Origin: a virus
Lineage: Duplodnaviria; Caudoviricetes
IMG/VR virus record: IMGVR_UViG_3300011430_000011
Span: 1 to 63,600 of that record
Direction: 5' to 3' (one strand)
Length of the DNA: 63,600 bases
A model generated the notes under the pieces. It was not told the DNA's origin. It made no database searches and worked only from the letters and a program-made list of their open reading frames with translations. Both the position numbers and the translations under genes were made by a program. Shown here one piece after another: positions 26,131 through 36,222 of the stretch (its first letter is position 1; each line of letters begins with the position of its first letter).

Positions 26131-29100
26131 TGGCAGGACATGGCGATCGTCTAGAGAAGTCTGACTTTCATCTAAAGAGTAGAAGGGAACCAGACTGCGA
26201 TCACGACGACCAGCCTGCGTGGATTCGTAAGCGCAAGAAAAGCCGGAGACTTCCAGCTATCTCTCGTCCTATGCGCTTTCAGTCTCTGCACCATCATTCG
26301 ACATACTCACCGCTAGACGGATACCAGATGCCTCAGGCGCACGCTCGGCGTGCAGCCGAGCTGAACATGACACACATCGCAATGACTGAGCACGGGAATG
26401 TATCCTCTCACGTTCCACTCGAGAATTCCTGTACCAAACCGAAGGACAAGTTCGGCAATCCCAATCCAGCCTACGGTATGAAGCCGATCTTCGGAGTCGA
26501 GCTCTATTGTGGATACATTGACGAGGAGCGCCGAACTCAGAAGAAGAATCATCTGACTGTGTTAGCTCAAACCCAAGAAGGTTACTCTAACCTTCTCAAA
26601 CTGGTAGGAGAGACCTATGGAAAAGGATTCTACTACGAACCAACAGCATCAGGACCAATGCTCACCAAACACCGTGACGGACTTATCGTCTTATCGGGCT
26701 GTCAAGGAAGCCTCCTGTTCACCAGTGCCGTCGGAGGTAAACACATCGATATTGATGCTGCTTCCTACAAGCGGGCTCGAGCCGTGGCCAGTCATTTCAA
26801 GCGGAGCTTCGGAGACAACTACTTCATCGAAGTGCAAGCCTTCCCTGAGCTTGAAGCCACGTGTCAAGCGAATCCTCTACTTGCTCAAATCGCCACCGAA
26901 CTAAATATCCCTCTGGTTGCAACACTAGACTGTCATTACACACTTCCTGAGGAGTCTGAGATTCAGCAGGTTCTTCACAACATTCGTGGTGCACACAAGC
27001 AGACACTTGAGGAGCAAGCTCGTTCATGGGGATATACAGCCGAACTCTGCCCTCCTATGACCGATGCTGCTCTGCTCCGCAAGTTGATTGCAACAGGGAT
27101 ATCTAGAGACCAGGCAATAAGAGCGATCACGATCACCGAGGAGATAGCTCAGAGTTGTGATGTTAGGATACCTCAGTTACCGATGCTGAAATTCGAGCTA
27201 CCCTCTGGCTATCTTGATGTCAACCAGCTCTGGAGAGATTGGCTCCGACGCGGTTGGGAAAAAAGGGGAATTAATCGAATGCCCCCTGCGGAACGGGAGC
27301 AGTATCGTCAACGGATGATGCGCGAAGTTAGAGTCATCGAGGAGAAAGAATTCGTCGATTACTTCCTGATTGTCGCCGACGTCGTTCAGTGGGTCAAGAG
27401 CCAAGACGTTACTGTCGGACCAGCTCGGGGTTCAGCTGCTGGAAGCCTAGTGTGTTGGCTGCTCGAGATTACTGAGGTCAACCCAATCAGATATCCAAAC
27501 TTGATCTTCGAGCGCTTCATTGATGAGTCTAGGGCCGACCTACCCGACATTGACTTGGACTTTCCAAGTTGGTTTAGGAACTCTATGACCGACTGGTTGG
27601 CAGCAAAGTACGGACGAGATTGTGTGAACAACATAGGAACCTTCACCACTTGGAAGGCTCCTGCTGCCCTCGATGATGCTGCGCGGGTGCACAAGATTCC
27701 AAAGTGGGAAGTTGAGAAGGTTAAGGACGTTCTTATCGAACGTTCTTCAGGAGACCTTCGTGCTAGTGCTACAATCGAGGATACGGTTGACCAGTTCGAA
27801 GTGGCCCGAGATGTATTCGAACGCAATCCCGGTCTCGGTGTAGCGATGGAACTAGAGGGTAACGTCAAGGGCTTCGGTGTTCACGCAGCAGGCATCGTCA
27901 TCAGCGCTGGCCCGGTCACAGATGTGTGCGCGGTGTACGAGCGAACTGTCAAAGATCAGGTGTACAAAGTCGTGTCGCTCGACAAGTATTCGGCTGAAGA
28001 CAAGAATCTTCTGAAGATTGACTTGCTAGGACTAGCAAATATGTCGTTCATCGACGAGCTAAGAAAGGACATAGGATGGTCACTACACGATCTCTACGAC
28101 TACATTTACCATCACGATGACGACCCAATCGTCATTGATGCATTCAGAAGAAATGATGTCGTTGGCGTCTTCCAGTTTGATGGTAGAGCTTGCAGGTATG
28201 TCTGTGGAGCTTTGGCTCCTGACACCTTTGCAGAAATCTGTGACATTACTGCCCTGGCAAGACCGGGTCCTCTTCATAACGGGGCAGCTAACGAATACAT
28301 CGAGATCAAGCGTGGAAATAAACAACCTGAGGCACAGCACCCCGCTCTGGCTGAGATCACCAAGGACACCTATTATCAGATCGTCTATCAAGAGCAGATT
28401 CTTCGCATCGTTGTCGAGATCGGGCAGTTCGACTGGACGCATGCTGCCGAGATCAGACGCATCATCTCTCGCAAGCATGGAGAGCAGGCCTTCAACCGTA
28501 GACGAGATGATTTTCTACGCGGAGCTTCTACGCTTCACAAGCGATCAGATCACCCTGAGATGGATCCAGAAACTGCCGCCGCCATTTGGGGAGATTGCAT
28601 AACGGCTGGAGCGTATGCGTTCAACGCGAGTCATTCATATTCTTACGGTACCATCGGTTTCTGGGCGCAACGCTTCAAGCAGTACGATCCTGAGCGTTAC
28701 TTTGCTCGAGGTCTCAAATGGATGACAAAAAAGAAGCACACTGATTTGATCCGCGATGCTGTGCGCGGTAACGGACCACGTAGGAAGCTAAAGGTCTTAC
28801 CACCAGAAGCCGGTAAGAGTACCACCACCTGGCGCGTAGAAGACAAGAATACTGTCCGCGCAGGGTACAAGCAGGCTGATGGTATCGCTGAGAAGATCGG
28901 TGGTTTGATTGAGGATTACGAGATTGAGCATTCAATCTCTTCCTGGGACGACCTCCTCAACATCAAAGGTATCGGGCCAAAGACAGTAGACAAGATCAAA
29001 GCTCTTGGCGAAAGCGAGGACCCCTTCGGTGCTCTCTGGATTGACAGAGCAATCGCTGAAGTCAAGAGGTCAATAGACTTTGGTGAACTAGGTGACATCC

Positions 29101-29507
29101 CGAAGCCCACACACACTTCGGTCGATATCCCTTACGCCAAAGGCAAAGATGAAGCGGTGGTATGGCTCGGTGTCGTGCACACCCGAAACGTCAGAGACTT
29201 GTTCGAGTATAATCGTGCTAAGGGAACTGATCTAATCCATGACGAGGAAACTGGAGATTGGTTCTTTCCGGATGGCAAGAAGATTGACCAGCCAGAGTTG
29301 AATGAATGGATGGTCATGGTCGGTGATGATGAACACGACCAGATGGGCCTTCGGGTTGACCGTTACAAGTACCCGAAGTATCGGGACAGACTATGGTCAA
29401 TGCAACCTGGCAGGGATCTACTTCTTGTACAGGGAGTAAAGCCGGGATTCATCAGCACTCGTCAGATTTGGGTACACAATCTCTGGGTGATTGATCCGGA
29501 ATGCTGA
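26130..29507 (+). CDS. dnaE: DNA polymerase III alpha subunit (family C)
   Basis: PHP HHHSTYS.LDG; GPARGSAAGSLV; PDIDLD; HAAG; YQEQ; YAFN.SH. Confidence 0.97.
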   Translation: MAGHGDRLEKSDFHLKSRREPDCDHDDQPAWIRKRKKSRRLPAISRPMRFQSLHHHSTYSPLDGYQMPQAHARRAAELNMTHIAMTEHGNVSSHVPLENSCTKPKDKFGNPNPAYGMKPIFGVELYCGYIDEERRTQKKNHLTVLAQTQEGYSNLLKLVGETYGKGFYYEPTASGPMLTKHRDGLIVLSGCQGSLLFTSAVGGKHIDIDAASYKRARAVASHFKRSFGDNYFIEVQAFPELEATCQANPLLAQIATELNIPLVATLDCHYTLPEESEIQQVLHNIRGAHKQTLEEQARSWGYTAELCPPMTDAALLRKLIATGISRDQAIRAITITEEIAQSCDVRIPQLPMLKFELPSGYLDVNQLWRDWLRRGWEKRGINRMPPAEREQYRQRMMREVRVIEEKEFVDYFLIVADVVQWVKSQDVTVGPARGSAAGSLVCWLLEITEVNPIRYPNLIFERFIDESRADLPDIDLDFPSWFRNSMTDWLAAKYGRDCVNNIGTFTTWKAPAALDDAARVHKIPKWEVEKVKDVLIERSSGDLRASATIEDTVDQFEVARDVFERNPGLGVAMELEGNVKGFGVHAAGIVISAGPVTDVCAVYERTVKDQVYKVVSLDKYSAEDKNLLKIDLLGLANMSFIDELRKDIGWSLHDLYDYIYHHDDDPIVIDAFRRNDVVGVFQFDGRACRYVCGALAPDTFAEICDITALARPGPLHNGAANEYIEIKRGNKQPEAQHPALAEITKDTYYQIVYQEQILRIVVEIGQFDWTHAAEIRRIISRKHGEQAFNRRRDDFLRGASTLHKRSDHPEMDPETAAAIWGDCITAGAYAFNASHSYSYGTIGFWAQRFKQYDPERYFARGLKWMTKKKHTDLIRDAVRGNGPRRKLKVLPPEAGKSTTTWRVEDKNTVRAGYKQADGIAEKIGGLIEDYEIEHSISSWDDLLNIKGIGPKTVDKIKALGESEDPFGALWIDRAIAEVKRSIDFGELGDIPKPTHTSVDIPYAKGKDEAVVWLGVVHTRNVRDLFEYNRAKGTDLIHDEETGDWFFPDGKKIDQPELNEWMVMVGDDEHDQMGLRVDRYKYPKYRDRLWSMQPGRDLLLVQGVKPGFISTRQIWVHNLWVIDPEC

Positions 29508-29540
29508 CCGTAGCTGTCGAACTGCACGGATTGGAGGGCA

Positions 29541-29906
29541 GTGAAAAGAGGCTCCATCACCAGTGGGCTCGTGGCAATCATCTCGGCTTTCTTAGTCATG
29601 CCGGGATATGCGAAGCTCAAGCCGGAAACTATCAGAGCTTGGGAGCGTGTCGCCCAGTGCGAGACAGGCGGGGTTTTAGGATATCCGCTTTGGGATTGGG
29701 GAAAGTATCGACACCGAAGTTCTCTAGAAGGATCCAAATACGAAGGTGGTGTTGGTTTCTACTGGGGAACATGGGATTGGTGGGCAGGAGAACTAGGTCT
29801 GATCAAGAAATATCCTCATGCTTACGACGCACCAAAGCTCGTTCAGATAAGAGTTGCCGACTACGGACTACGAGTCCACAACGGATACTGGGGCTGTCTG
29901 CACTAG
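29541..29906 (+). CDS. Secreted Rpf-like (resuscitation-promoting factor) transglycosylase
   Basis: Signal peptide; WERVAQCETGG; Y.GG..F...TW; A....QI.VA; W.C. Confidence 0.85.
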   Translation: MKRGSITSGLVAIISAFLVMPGYAKLKPETIRAWERVAQCETGGVLGYPLWDWGKYRHRSSLEGSKYEGGVGFYWGTWDWWAGELGLIKKYPHAYDAPKLVQIRVADYGLRVHNGYWGCLH

Positions 29907-29924
29907 CCCCCGAAAGGGAGCGCA

Positions 29925-30095
29925 ATGGATCTATTCGTTTACATCACTGAAGATGGGCTTATTCGGTTCTTCACCAAAGAGCTGACGATTGAAGAGATTG
30001 AAAACTTCGGGGGAGAGCCGTGGGCTTTCGAGGGAAGAACATCAATCTCACTCACAAAGACCACCAACTGGCCAGCTCGGCCAGAGACTGAGTAA
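29925..30095 (+). CDS. Small hypothetical protein
   Basis: AAGGGAG RBS; 56 aa. Confidence 0.55.
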   Translation: MDLFVYITEDGLIRFFTKELTIEEIENFGGEPWAFEGRTSISLTKTTNWPARPETE

Positions 30096-30108
30096 CAGAG
30101 GAGCTGAT

Positions 30109-31083
30109 ATGTCTGAAGAGGTTGTACGGTGGGCCGACGAATCACAGTACGTCGCAGCCCCGATCAAAGTAACACCAGAAGTGCACTTGCTCTGGGCGAC
30201 TCCTGATCCGTTGGGAGCTATCGCAGCCATCTGCAGAATGTTCGAGGGCAAGCCTACCTACAACCTCTCAGAGATCACTGACGAAGAGCGTCATCATTAC
30301 TACAAGGAGTCCTTCAAGTCGCACCTTCGAGCTCCTCATGAGTTCGTGCAGTTCCACTTCTACATCGAAGGTGTCACACGTTCTCATACTCACCAGGCTG
30401 TCCGACAACGTACTGCCACCTTCGCGCAGGAGAGTTTGCGATTCGCGGTAAAGGAGAATCTGGTCGAGGAAGTATGCCTTCCTCCTACTATCATGGCAGA
30501 GAACGATCCAGCTATCGATCCAGCCTCAGTCATATGGCATCAGACCGTTAAGCAGATCGGTGCTGCTTACACCGCGCTGGTCAATGCTGGAATTCCTGCA
30601 GAAGACGCTAGAGGATTGTTGCCCCATGCTGTGGCAACGCGGCTGCACTATCGCACCAACCTCAACGACCTGATCCACCACGCCGGCAATCGTCTCTGCA
30701 CTCAAGCCCAGTTCGAGTGGCGCCACGTGATGGTCGGCATCATGAAAGCGATCAGTGGGTACAGCACAGGGAAGATGATGGGCTACCAGTATCGTCAAGA
30801 CGACAGCTGGCAGTTCGAGCTTCTGGGCAGTCCGATGGCACAGACCTTCTCACCCATTTGCTACAAGACAGGCAAGTGTGAGTTCGAGGCTATCTTCGAT
30901 CGTGACTGCACGATACGTTCGCGAGTTAAGGCATTCAGCAAGGCTGGGATCTCTAGCGACAGATGGGACAAGCTGAATGCTGTTCTTGCTCCTGATCCTC
31001 CTCTGGACAGAATCAAACCTCACGAGTGGCTAGCCGATCCTGCGGCAGCGAGGAGTGGTGATGCAAACAAGAGCCCAGACTAG
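30109..31083 (+). CDS. thyX: FAD-dependent thymidylate synthase
   Basis: HQAVRQRTATFAQESLR; EDARGLLP; RLC..AQ.E. Confidence 0.92.
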   Translation: MSEEVVRWADESQYVAAPIKVTPEVHLLWATPDPLGAIAAICRMFEGKPTYNLSEITDEERHHYYKESFKSHLRAPHEFVQFHFYIEGVTRSHTHQAVRQRTATFAQESLRFAVKENLVEEVCLPPTIMAENDPAIDPASVIWHQTVKQIGAAYTALVNAGIPAEDARGLLPHAVATRLHYRTNLNDLIHHAGNRLCTQAQFEWRHVMVGIMKAISGYSTGKMMGYQYRQDDSWQFELLGSPMAQTFSPICYKTGKCEFEAIFDRDCTIRSRVKAFSKAGISSDRWDKLNAVLAPDPPLDRIKPHEWLADPAAARSGDANKSPD

Positions 31084-31363
31084 GGTGAAACCGATGTGCA
31101 ATGCGATCACAGTGCTGCCCTCACCTGTGGAAGAGGCTGTTAGGGATAGTGGGATCATTGTACCATTCAGTGTTGAGGGAGATCGTGATCCGATTCATCG
31201 TGGTATCATCATCGACATTGGCGCTTCTCCTTGTGAGTCTTGGGGAGAACTACAGCCGGGAATGGTGGTTTACTTCACCAGAAGCACTCGTGTCGCAGAT
31301 GTAGAAATAGTTTTCCACGATCATATACTTGCCTACGAGGAGTCTGATGATGAATCCACTTGA
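31055..31363 (+). CDS. GroES-like co-chaperonin
   Basis: VKP....V.....E....SGIIVP; G.IIDIG; L.PG..V.F; ILA. Confidence 0.75.
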   Translation: MVMQTRAQTRVKPMCNAITVLPSPVEEAVRDSGIIVPFSVEGDRDPIHRGIIIDIGASPCESWGELQPGMVVYFTRSTRVADVEIVFHDHILAYEESDDEST

Positions 31364-31622
31364 GTGCACAATCGATCAGCTTCAAGGATTTGATGTCAAC
31401 GAGAGGATCTCTCAACTTAAAGAAAAGGTTAGTAGTCTAGAACTAGACCTTGAAGATTCACAGAAGGAGTTGATAGAGCTTCGGGAGAGTCACAAAGCTG
31501 AGTTGATCAATATTCTTCAAATAAACGCAGACTTCAAACGAGGCATCAGGACTCTGGGTGAAGTTCTTCAAGCAGGTAAAGATGCTGCTGCAAAGGTTGA
31601 TATAGATACTTATGTGCTATGA
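31347..31622 (+). CDS. Coiled-coil protein
   Basis: GAGGAG RBS; heptad pattern. Confidence 0.65.
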   Translation: MMNPLECTIDQLQGFDVNERISQLKEKVSSLELDLEDSQKELIELRESHKAELINILQINADFKRGIRTLGEVLQAGKDAAAKVDIDTYVL

Positions 31623-31721
31623 GCAGCGCGCTGACAGCCCTGGAGAAGTCACGGCAGTGGCTAAGGGTTAGCCTGATACCCCCAGGGCTACTCCATCGCC
31701 TGCTGTGGCGGCACAGCTAGC

Positions 31722-32171
31722 GTGACACGCTATCTTGATGAGCGGTACGACCCAGCGCTAGTCATTGACCCTGACCTTATCGCAGACAAGATTGTTTCTG
31801 AGGAGATAGATCGTCTTCAGACAGTCTGCGGGGTGGTGTCTACGACACTCCTTCTTCCACGTAGGCTTAGTGAGGCTAGCCCTGCGGAGCTAGTGTTGGA
31901 TAAGAAACGCGCTAGGCGCGTTCTTCACGTAGCAAGGAAGTGTCTTGCGTCCTGGGGTGGCGAGGAGCGCGAGGCTACTGATGAAGAGAAGATCAAAGGA
32001 GCCCAATTAGATTGGCTACTTTGGTTCGAAGATGTATTGCCCAAGCTTGAGCGCAAGGTTCGCTATCTAGCGACCTGGGGAAAGAAGACTCAAGAGTTGA
32101 AGTTCGCTAAGAGTGCAGTAGTAAAGCTAGAGCAAGAGATATCTTGGTTGCGCTACGCTATGCGCGAATAG
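31722..32171 (+). CDS. Hypothetical protein
   Basis: 149-aa ORF, last + strand gene before convergence. Confidence 0.6.
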   Translation: MTRYLDERYDPALVIDPDLIADKIVSEEIDRLQTVCGVVSTTLLLPRRLSEASPAELVLDKKRARRVLHVARKCLASWGGEEREATDEEKIKGAQLDWLLWFEDVLPKLERKVRYLATWGKKTQELKFAKSAVVKLEQEISWLRYAMRE

Positions 32172-32186
32172 CGAGTGATATACTCG

Positions 32187-32585
32187 CTACTTGCTCGTCG
32201 GCACTCTAGGTGAAACACACCTGCTCGGAGCGTACCTCATTCTCTTGAGGTCTCTGGCCTCCCTGGCGATACGGATGATCTCGAGAGTGGGAGTAATTCT
32301 CAAGACCCGTAGATTTTTTCCCAGACTCTTGAAGTTTTCATTGGCTTCATCACGAACGATCTTCTTGAGTGACTCAATCTGCTTACAGTTCTTGACTGAG
32401 AGCTCAGAGATGTTGTTGTTCTGATGTTCAATCTTTGCTGCCTGAGCAGCGAGTCTCTTATTCTGATTTTCCAGTTTGCTTGCTTGATTGTGGAAACTTA
32501 TAAGCAAGACAGCAAACGAAAATGCTGCACAGAGCAAGAGAAATAGGTAGATCCAATGGATATTCTTCTTTATCCAATTATCCAT
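32187..32585 (-). CDS. Single-TM coiled-coil membrane protein (lysis accessory?)
   Basis: GGAGGAAGG RBS; TM helix then coiled coil. Confidence 0.65.
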   Translation of the reverse strand: MDNWIKKNIHWIYLFLLLCAAFSFAVLLISFHNQASKLENQNKRLAAQAAKIEHQNNNISELSVKNCKQIESLKKIVRDEANENFKSLGKNLRVLRITPTLEIIRIAREARDLKRMRYAPSRCVSPRVPTSK

Positions 32586-32775
32586 TCCTTCCTCCATTTC
32601 CGTTTTTCCGCCGCCGAGCAGCATCACCAAAGATGACACCGATCACAGCGACCATCACGGGAGTGGTGATTGTCAGGGCTGTGTAATCCCTTGTGTAGAT
32701 GCTAGCCAGAGCAACAACTGCCCATACTCCGCCCACAAGTAGTGCGATGAATGCGCTGACACTACTCAGTTCCAT
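32578..32775 (-). CDS. Small two-TM holin-like protein
   Basis: Two TM helices, basic C-terminus. Confidence 0.6.
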   Translation of the reverse strand: MELSSVSAFIALLVGGVWAVVALASIYTRDYTALTITTPVMVAVIGVIFGDAARRRKNGNGGRNG

Positions 32776-32895
32776 GATGCCTACGATCACGCCATCCACG
32801 ACTAAACCAACCAGCCGCAAAGCCCGCCATGCCGATGACGAGATAAAGCGTGATCAGGCAAGGACTTAGCTGACAGCAACACATGATAGCTCCCA

Positions 32896-33912
32896 TCACA
32901 ACTTCGCTATCTTGGAGCAGGTGATGAAACCGATCTGATCCTCAGGACGTGTTCCGCCAGGACCACCATCAAGTGATCCAATTGCTGGTGCTCCCGAAAC
33001 TGCCAGAGACCCGAGGCCCGGTGCACCAGTAACCGTCAGAGCTTGTGTGGCAGACGGAACACCAGATGTAAAGGTGCCATCTTGTCCTACGGGAACAACG
33101 CCACCTGAGTCGTGGGCGTCCTCGGTAGGTATAGCGACGTCGTGTGTATGTGAAGAAGAAGCCACAGGGCTTCCGCCCACAGCTAGAGAACCTACTGATG
33201 GAGCGCCAGACACAGCCAGCGAACCTATAGCTGGTGCTCCTGTCACCGTGGTGTTGTGCTTCGGGGAGCGACTAGCCGCTGCTAGACCGTCGCTATCACC
33301 AATAGCATCAACATCGGTATGCGTCCCCTTGCCAATTGTTGAACGACCTTGAGTGTCGGGTTTGACAAGCGTGTTACCAAGATGAGCGTAGAGATCTGCG
33401 TAGATACCAGTTGATGCTGGAAGATTCCCTCCATCGTACAGAACCCACCCCGTCGGCACCGCAGCATCTGGCTTGAACCAGTCAGCTGTTATACCGGCTG
33501 GCGTACTCGTTCTAATCCAGCTGGCCCCGTCTGAGATGTAATCGACCACTTGATCTGTGGCGAAGTATTTTGTCCCTGAGACCACAGCAGCAGCAGCAGG
33601 ACGATCAGCCAGAATTCCGATCCTGTTGATGTTAGACACCACTGTCGTGTGCAGCTTTGCGAAAACTATCGAGTTATCAGCAATCGTCGTAAGATCGCGC
33701 CATGCCGTGTCCCAGAAGTACATTGCCCCTGTGTCAGTCGCTCGATAGAAGTGACCAGCCACAGTAGAGCCTGGACGTGCGGCAAAGGTGCCAAAGCTGT
33801 AAATCGCGACCACCAGATCCAGAGCCTCTGCAAGCTCCTGGATATCCTGCGGAACGTCTGCAGAATCGGTGTCGGCTGGCCATGGCAGGGCAAGTCTTGT
33901 TGTGGCTGGCAT
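32896..33912 (-). CDS. Tail fibre with collar domain
   Basis: TTRLALPWP start; PAG......P.GW..DG...Y.DL...G...PD..GR collar motif; GAP..GSL repeats. Confidence 0.8.
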   Translation of the reverse strand: MPATTRLALPWPADTDSADVPQDIQELAEALDLVVAIYSFGTFAARPGSTVAGHFYRATDTGAMYFWDTAWRDLTTIADNSIVFAKLHTTVVSNINRIGILADRPAAAAVVSGTKYFATDQVVDYISDGASWIRTSTPAGITADWFKPDAAVPTGWVLYDGGNLPASTGIYADLYAHLGNTLVKPDTQGRSTIGKGTHTDVDAIGDSDGLAAASRSPKHNTTVTGAPAIGSLAVSGAPSVGSLAVGGSPVASSSHTHDVAIPTEDAHDSGGVVPVGQDGTFTSGVPSATQALTVTGAPGLGSLAVSGAPAIGSLDGGPGGTRPEDQIGFITCSKIAKL

Positions 33913-33922
33913 CTACCCTCCT

Positions 33923-34540
33923 TTATGTGTCGTCGCGAGCATCTTGATAGTTGCTGTAATTGGCAAGTACGTTTGTGTACAGGGGATTCCCTGAGAGCAA
34001 TGAAGCGTAGTCTTGTCCACTGAGCGCACTATAGAGCAGGATAAGCCCTGCGGGCTTCTGAGAGACCAGAGCTGCCTCCGTCGCAGCGGGTGAAGGAGTC
34101 TCAGCTGTGTAAGTGACCACCGAGATCTGATATGCGTTTCCATTGAAACGCTCTCTGAACACGATCGTCTTGTCTCCAGTAAGAGTATGCTGCGCTGCCG
34201 AGATCATGGAAGCTGCGGTTCCTCTTTTCCAGTTTGCAGTACCAGCGATATAGTCTCGCTGCTCCTGCTCTGTCAAGCCACTAGGAATCCGAGTGCCTAC
34301 AAACTGAGCGAGCCAGGGGAGCGCTTTCGTTGGGCATCGCTCTATGTCCAGCAGCAGAGACCAGCCAGGGTCATCGTCTTCTGTATCTCTGACCCAAGTA
34401 TTAATCTCCTCGATGGTCATCCCTAGCGTCTCGCAGAAGACCATCAGTGGCCAACCGAGGCTTTCATCAGCCTCAGTCACAGGCTCTAGGTCTGCGTATA
34501 GTGCCTCAGCGACCTCACCTATAGTTGGAGCGGGGCTCAT
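33923..34540 (-). CDS. Baseplate wedge / P2 gpI-like tail protein
   Basis: P..ALPWLAQFVG; KRGT; KPAG. Confidence 0.85.
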   Translation of the reverse strand: MSPAPTIGEVAEALYADLEPVTEADESLGWPLMVFCETLGMTIEEINTWVRDTEDDDPGWSLLLDIERCPTKALPWLAQFVGTRIPSGLTEQEQRDYIAGTANWKRGTAASMISAAQHTLTGDKTIVFRERFNGNAYQISVVTYTAETPSPAATEAALVSQKPAGLILLYSALSGQDYASLLSGNPLYTNVLANYSNYQDARDDT

Positions 34541-36222
34541 GCCGGAGTCACCGTGCCAGTGATCACACCAACGGTCGGCACCGGAACTACACCAGGAAGA
34601 GTGATATCAGTTGTTCCCATGGAACCGACAACCAGACCAATAGTTAGTGTGATTATCCTGTCTACCTCAGCAACTGAACCGATTACTTGAACCATCTCCC
34701 AGAAGTAGACTTTTGTACTGTTGATCCAGTCTTGGCTAGAGCCAAAGTTTGACCCAGGAGGCGGGACACCCCAGGTTGTAGGATCAAGATATGATCCTAT
34801 CGCAGCGTCCACTCGAGTCTCGAGATCTGTAATATCTGCACCCTCTAGAGCCAACACATCGTAAGTGACACTGACTGCTGCGAAGTTCGGCTCAGAGACA
34901 AAGACGATGAAATTGACCTCTCTGTTCTCTTCAAGAAATGCATCAAGAATCGCTTTCTCACCAGCTGACAGAGCAGTTCCATCTTCGTTAATCGGGAAGA
35001 CAGTGATCATTCTCTCATTGTCGGTCTCTACAGTTCCACCCGCAGACCAGACAGTCGAGTCACCCTTGTGGAGTGTCGCTTTATCAACGTAGTGAACTTC
35101 ACCGATTCCTGGCCCGGTCACGAATGACTGAATAGAGATCCAAGCTGTATTCGCTGGTGCAGTTCCAGTCACTGTATAGACAGTCCATGCAGTATTGCTG
35201 TCAGAAGCAGCAGAACCGTCGATGGTACCACCAGAGACTATTGAACCTCCAGAATCTCTGAACACCAGCTGAGCTTTGCAAGACCTTGTTGTAGCATTGG
35301 CTCTGATGCTCAGCACACCAGTCCACTTCTGCCCCGGCAACGCAGCAAGTGTCTGTCCTGTTGGGGTCCGAGCTGCCATATCGGCGGCTGCGATCGCTGT
35401 CAGAGATACACTCTTAGTTCCCTCAGCAGCCTGCGCAGAAGAAGATGCGAGAGTAGCGTTGGCGGCATTCCCCCATCCGGTCGCATCAGTTTCGGCGCTA
35501 GCCTGGTTAGCAGTGAGAGCATTATAGTCTGCGTTATAGCCATCGATGGTAACAGCTCTCGCGACATTTGCCCCTTCTACTAGCCTTGCCATCGTTGAGA
35601 AGTCAGCAGGAATGATCGGGCGAGGCGCAACGATTGACATGCGCTCAGCCAAACGATCGAGATACTCGTCAGCTGTCTCCGCATCAGCACCGCCAGCTGT
35701 CGCCGCTACCAAGATCACTGTTGTGACAAAGTCCAATGGCGTAATCAGCTCAGCGACCGCGGAAGGAGCTCCTAGTGCATTGAACTGAGTTCCAGTCTCG
35801 ATAGCGATGAGAGTCACACCACCTGTAGTAGTGACAGTCTGACCTGGAGGAACGACATAGTCAATCAGAACCTCGAAGGTGACAAGCTCGTCACCTGCGG
35901 TGCGGATGCCTACCAGCGTTCCCGCTGGTATCGTATAGCCGAGGCTGTTGATCATTGTCCAGGTAGAGTTGACCGTGGCCTTAGCCCCCTCGAGCGCGGC
36001 AAGACCCACGATAGAGCCAAGATACCGGAAGATATCTTTAGGTACACGAGACGCTAGCCCACGTATCTCAGCGTCAATTCGAGACTTGCTGTCGATCATC
36101 ACGGTTTCGAGGTTTCCTTCTTGAGGAACCCAGCCCGGTATTTGCGACTGAAGATAATCGTACGAGTCCTGGGCTAGATCGTCAGGATTCGTATCTACAG
36201 GAATTCCGATATACCCTGGCAC
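34537..36222 (-). CDS. Baseplate J-like protein with inserted carbohydrate-binding-like domain
   Basis: TIPAGT; GGADAET.DEY..R; insert E....GW......A.EG..S...YVD. Confidence 0.88.
   Translation of the reverse strand: MPGYIGIPVDTNPDDLAQDSYDYLQSQIPGWVPQEGNLETVMIDSKSRIDAEIRGLASRVPKDIFRYLGSIVGLAALEGAKATVNSTWTMINSLGYTIPAGTLVGIRTAGDELVTFEVLIDYVVPPGQTVTTTGGVTLIAIETGTQFNALGAPSAVAELITPLDFVTTVILVAATAGGADAETADEYLDRLAERMSIVAPRPIIPADFSTMARLVEGANVARAVTIDGYNADYNALTANQASAETDATGWGNAANATLASSSAQAAEGTKSVSLTAIAAADMAARTPTGQTLAALPGQKWTGVLSIRANATTRSCKAQLVFRDSGGSIVSGGTIDGSAASDSNTAWTVYTVTGTAPANTAWISIQSFVTGPGIGEVHYVDKATLHKGDSTVWSAGGTVETDNERMITVFPINEDGTALSAGEKAILDAFLEENREVNFIVFVSEPNFAAVSVTYDVLALEGADITDLETRVDAAIGSYLDPTTWGVPPPGSNFGSSQDWINSTKVYFWEMVQVIGSVAEVDRIITLTIGLVVGSMGTTDITLPGVVPVPTVGVITGTVTPA

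Noticed and set aside
26130-29507. Intein or intron in dnaE, terL or the primase-helicase
   Set aside because: Lengths are ordinary, and I saw no splicing motifs or homing endonuclease
29501-29950. 149-aa ORF
   Set aside because: Alternate frame of the Rpf-like gene, which has clear motifs
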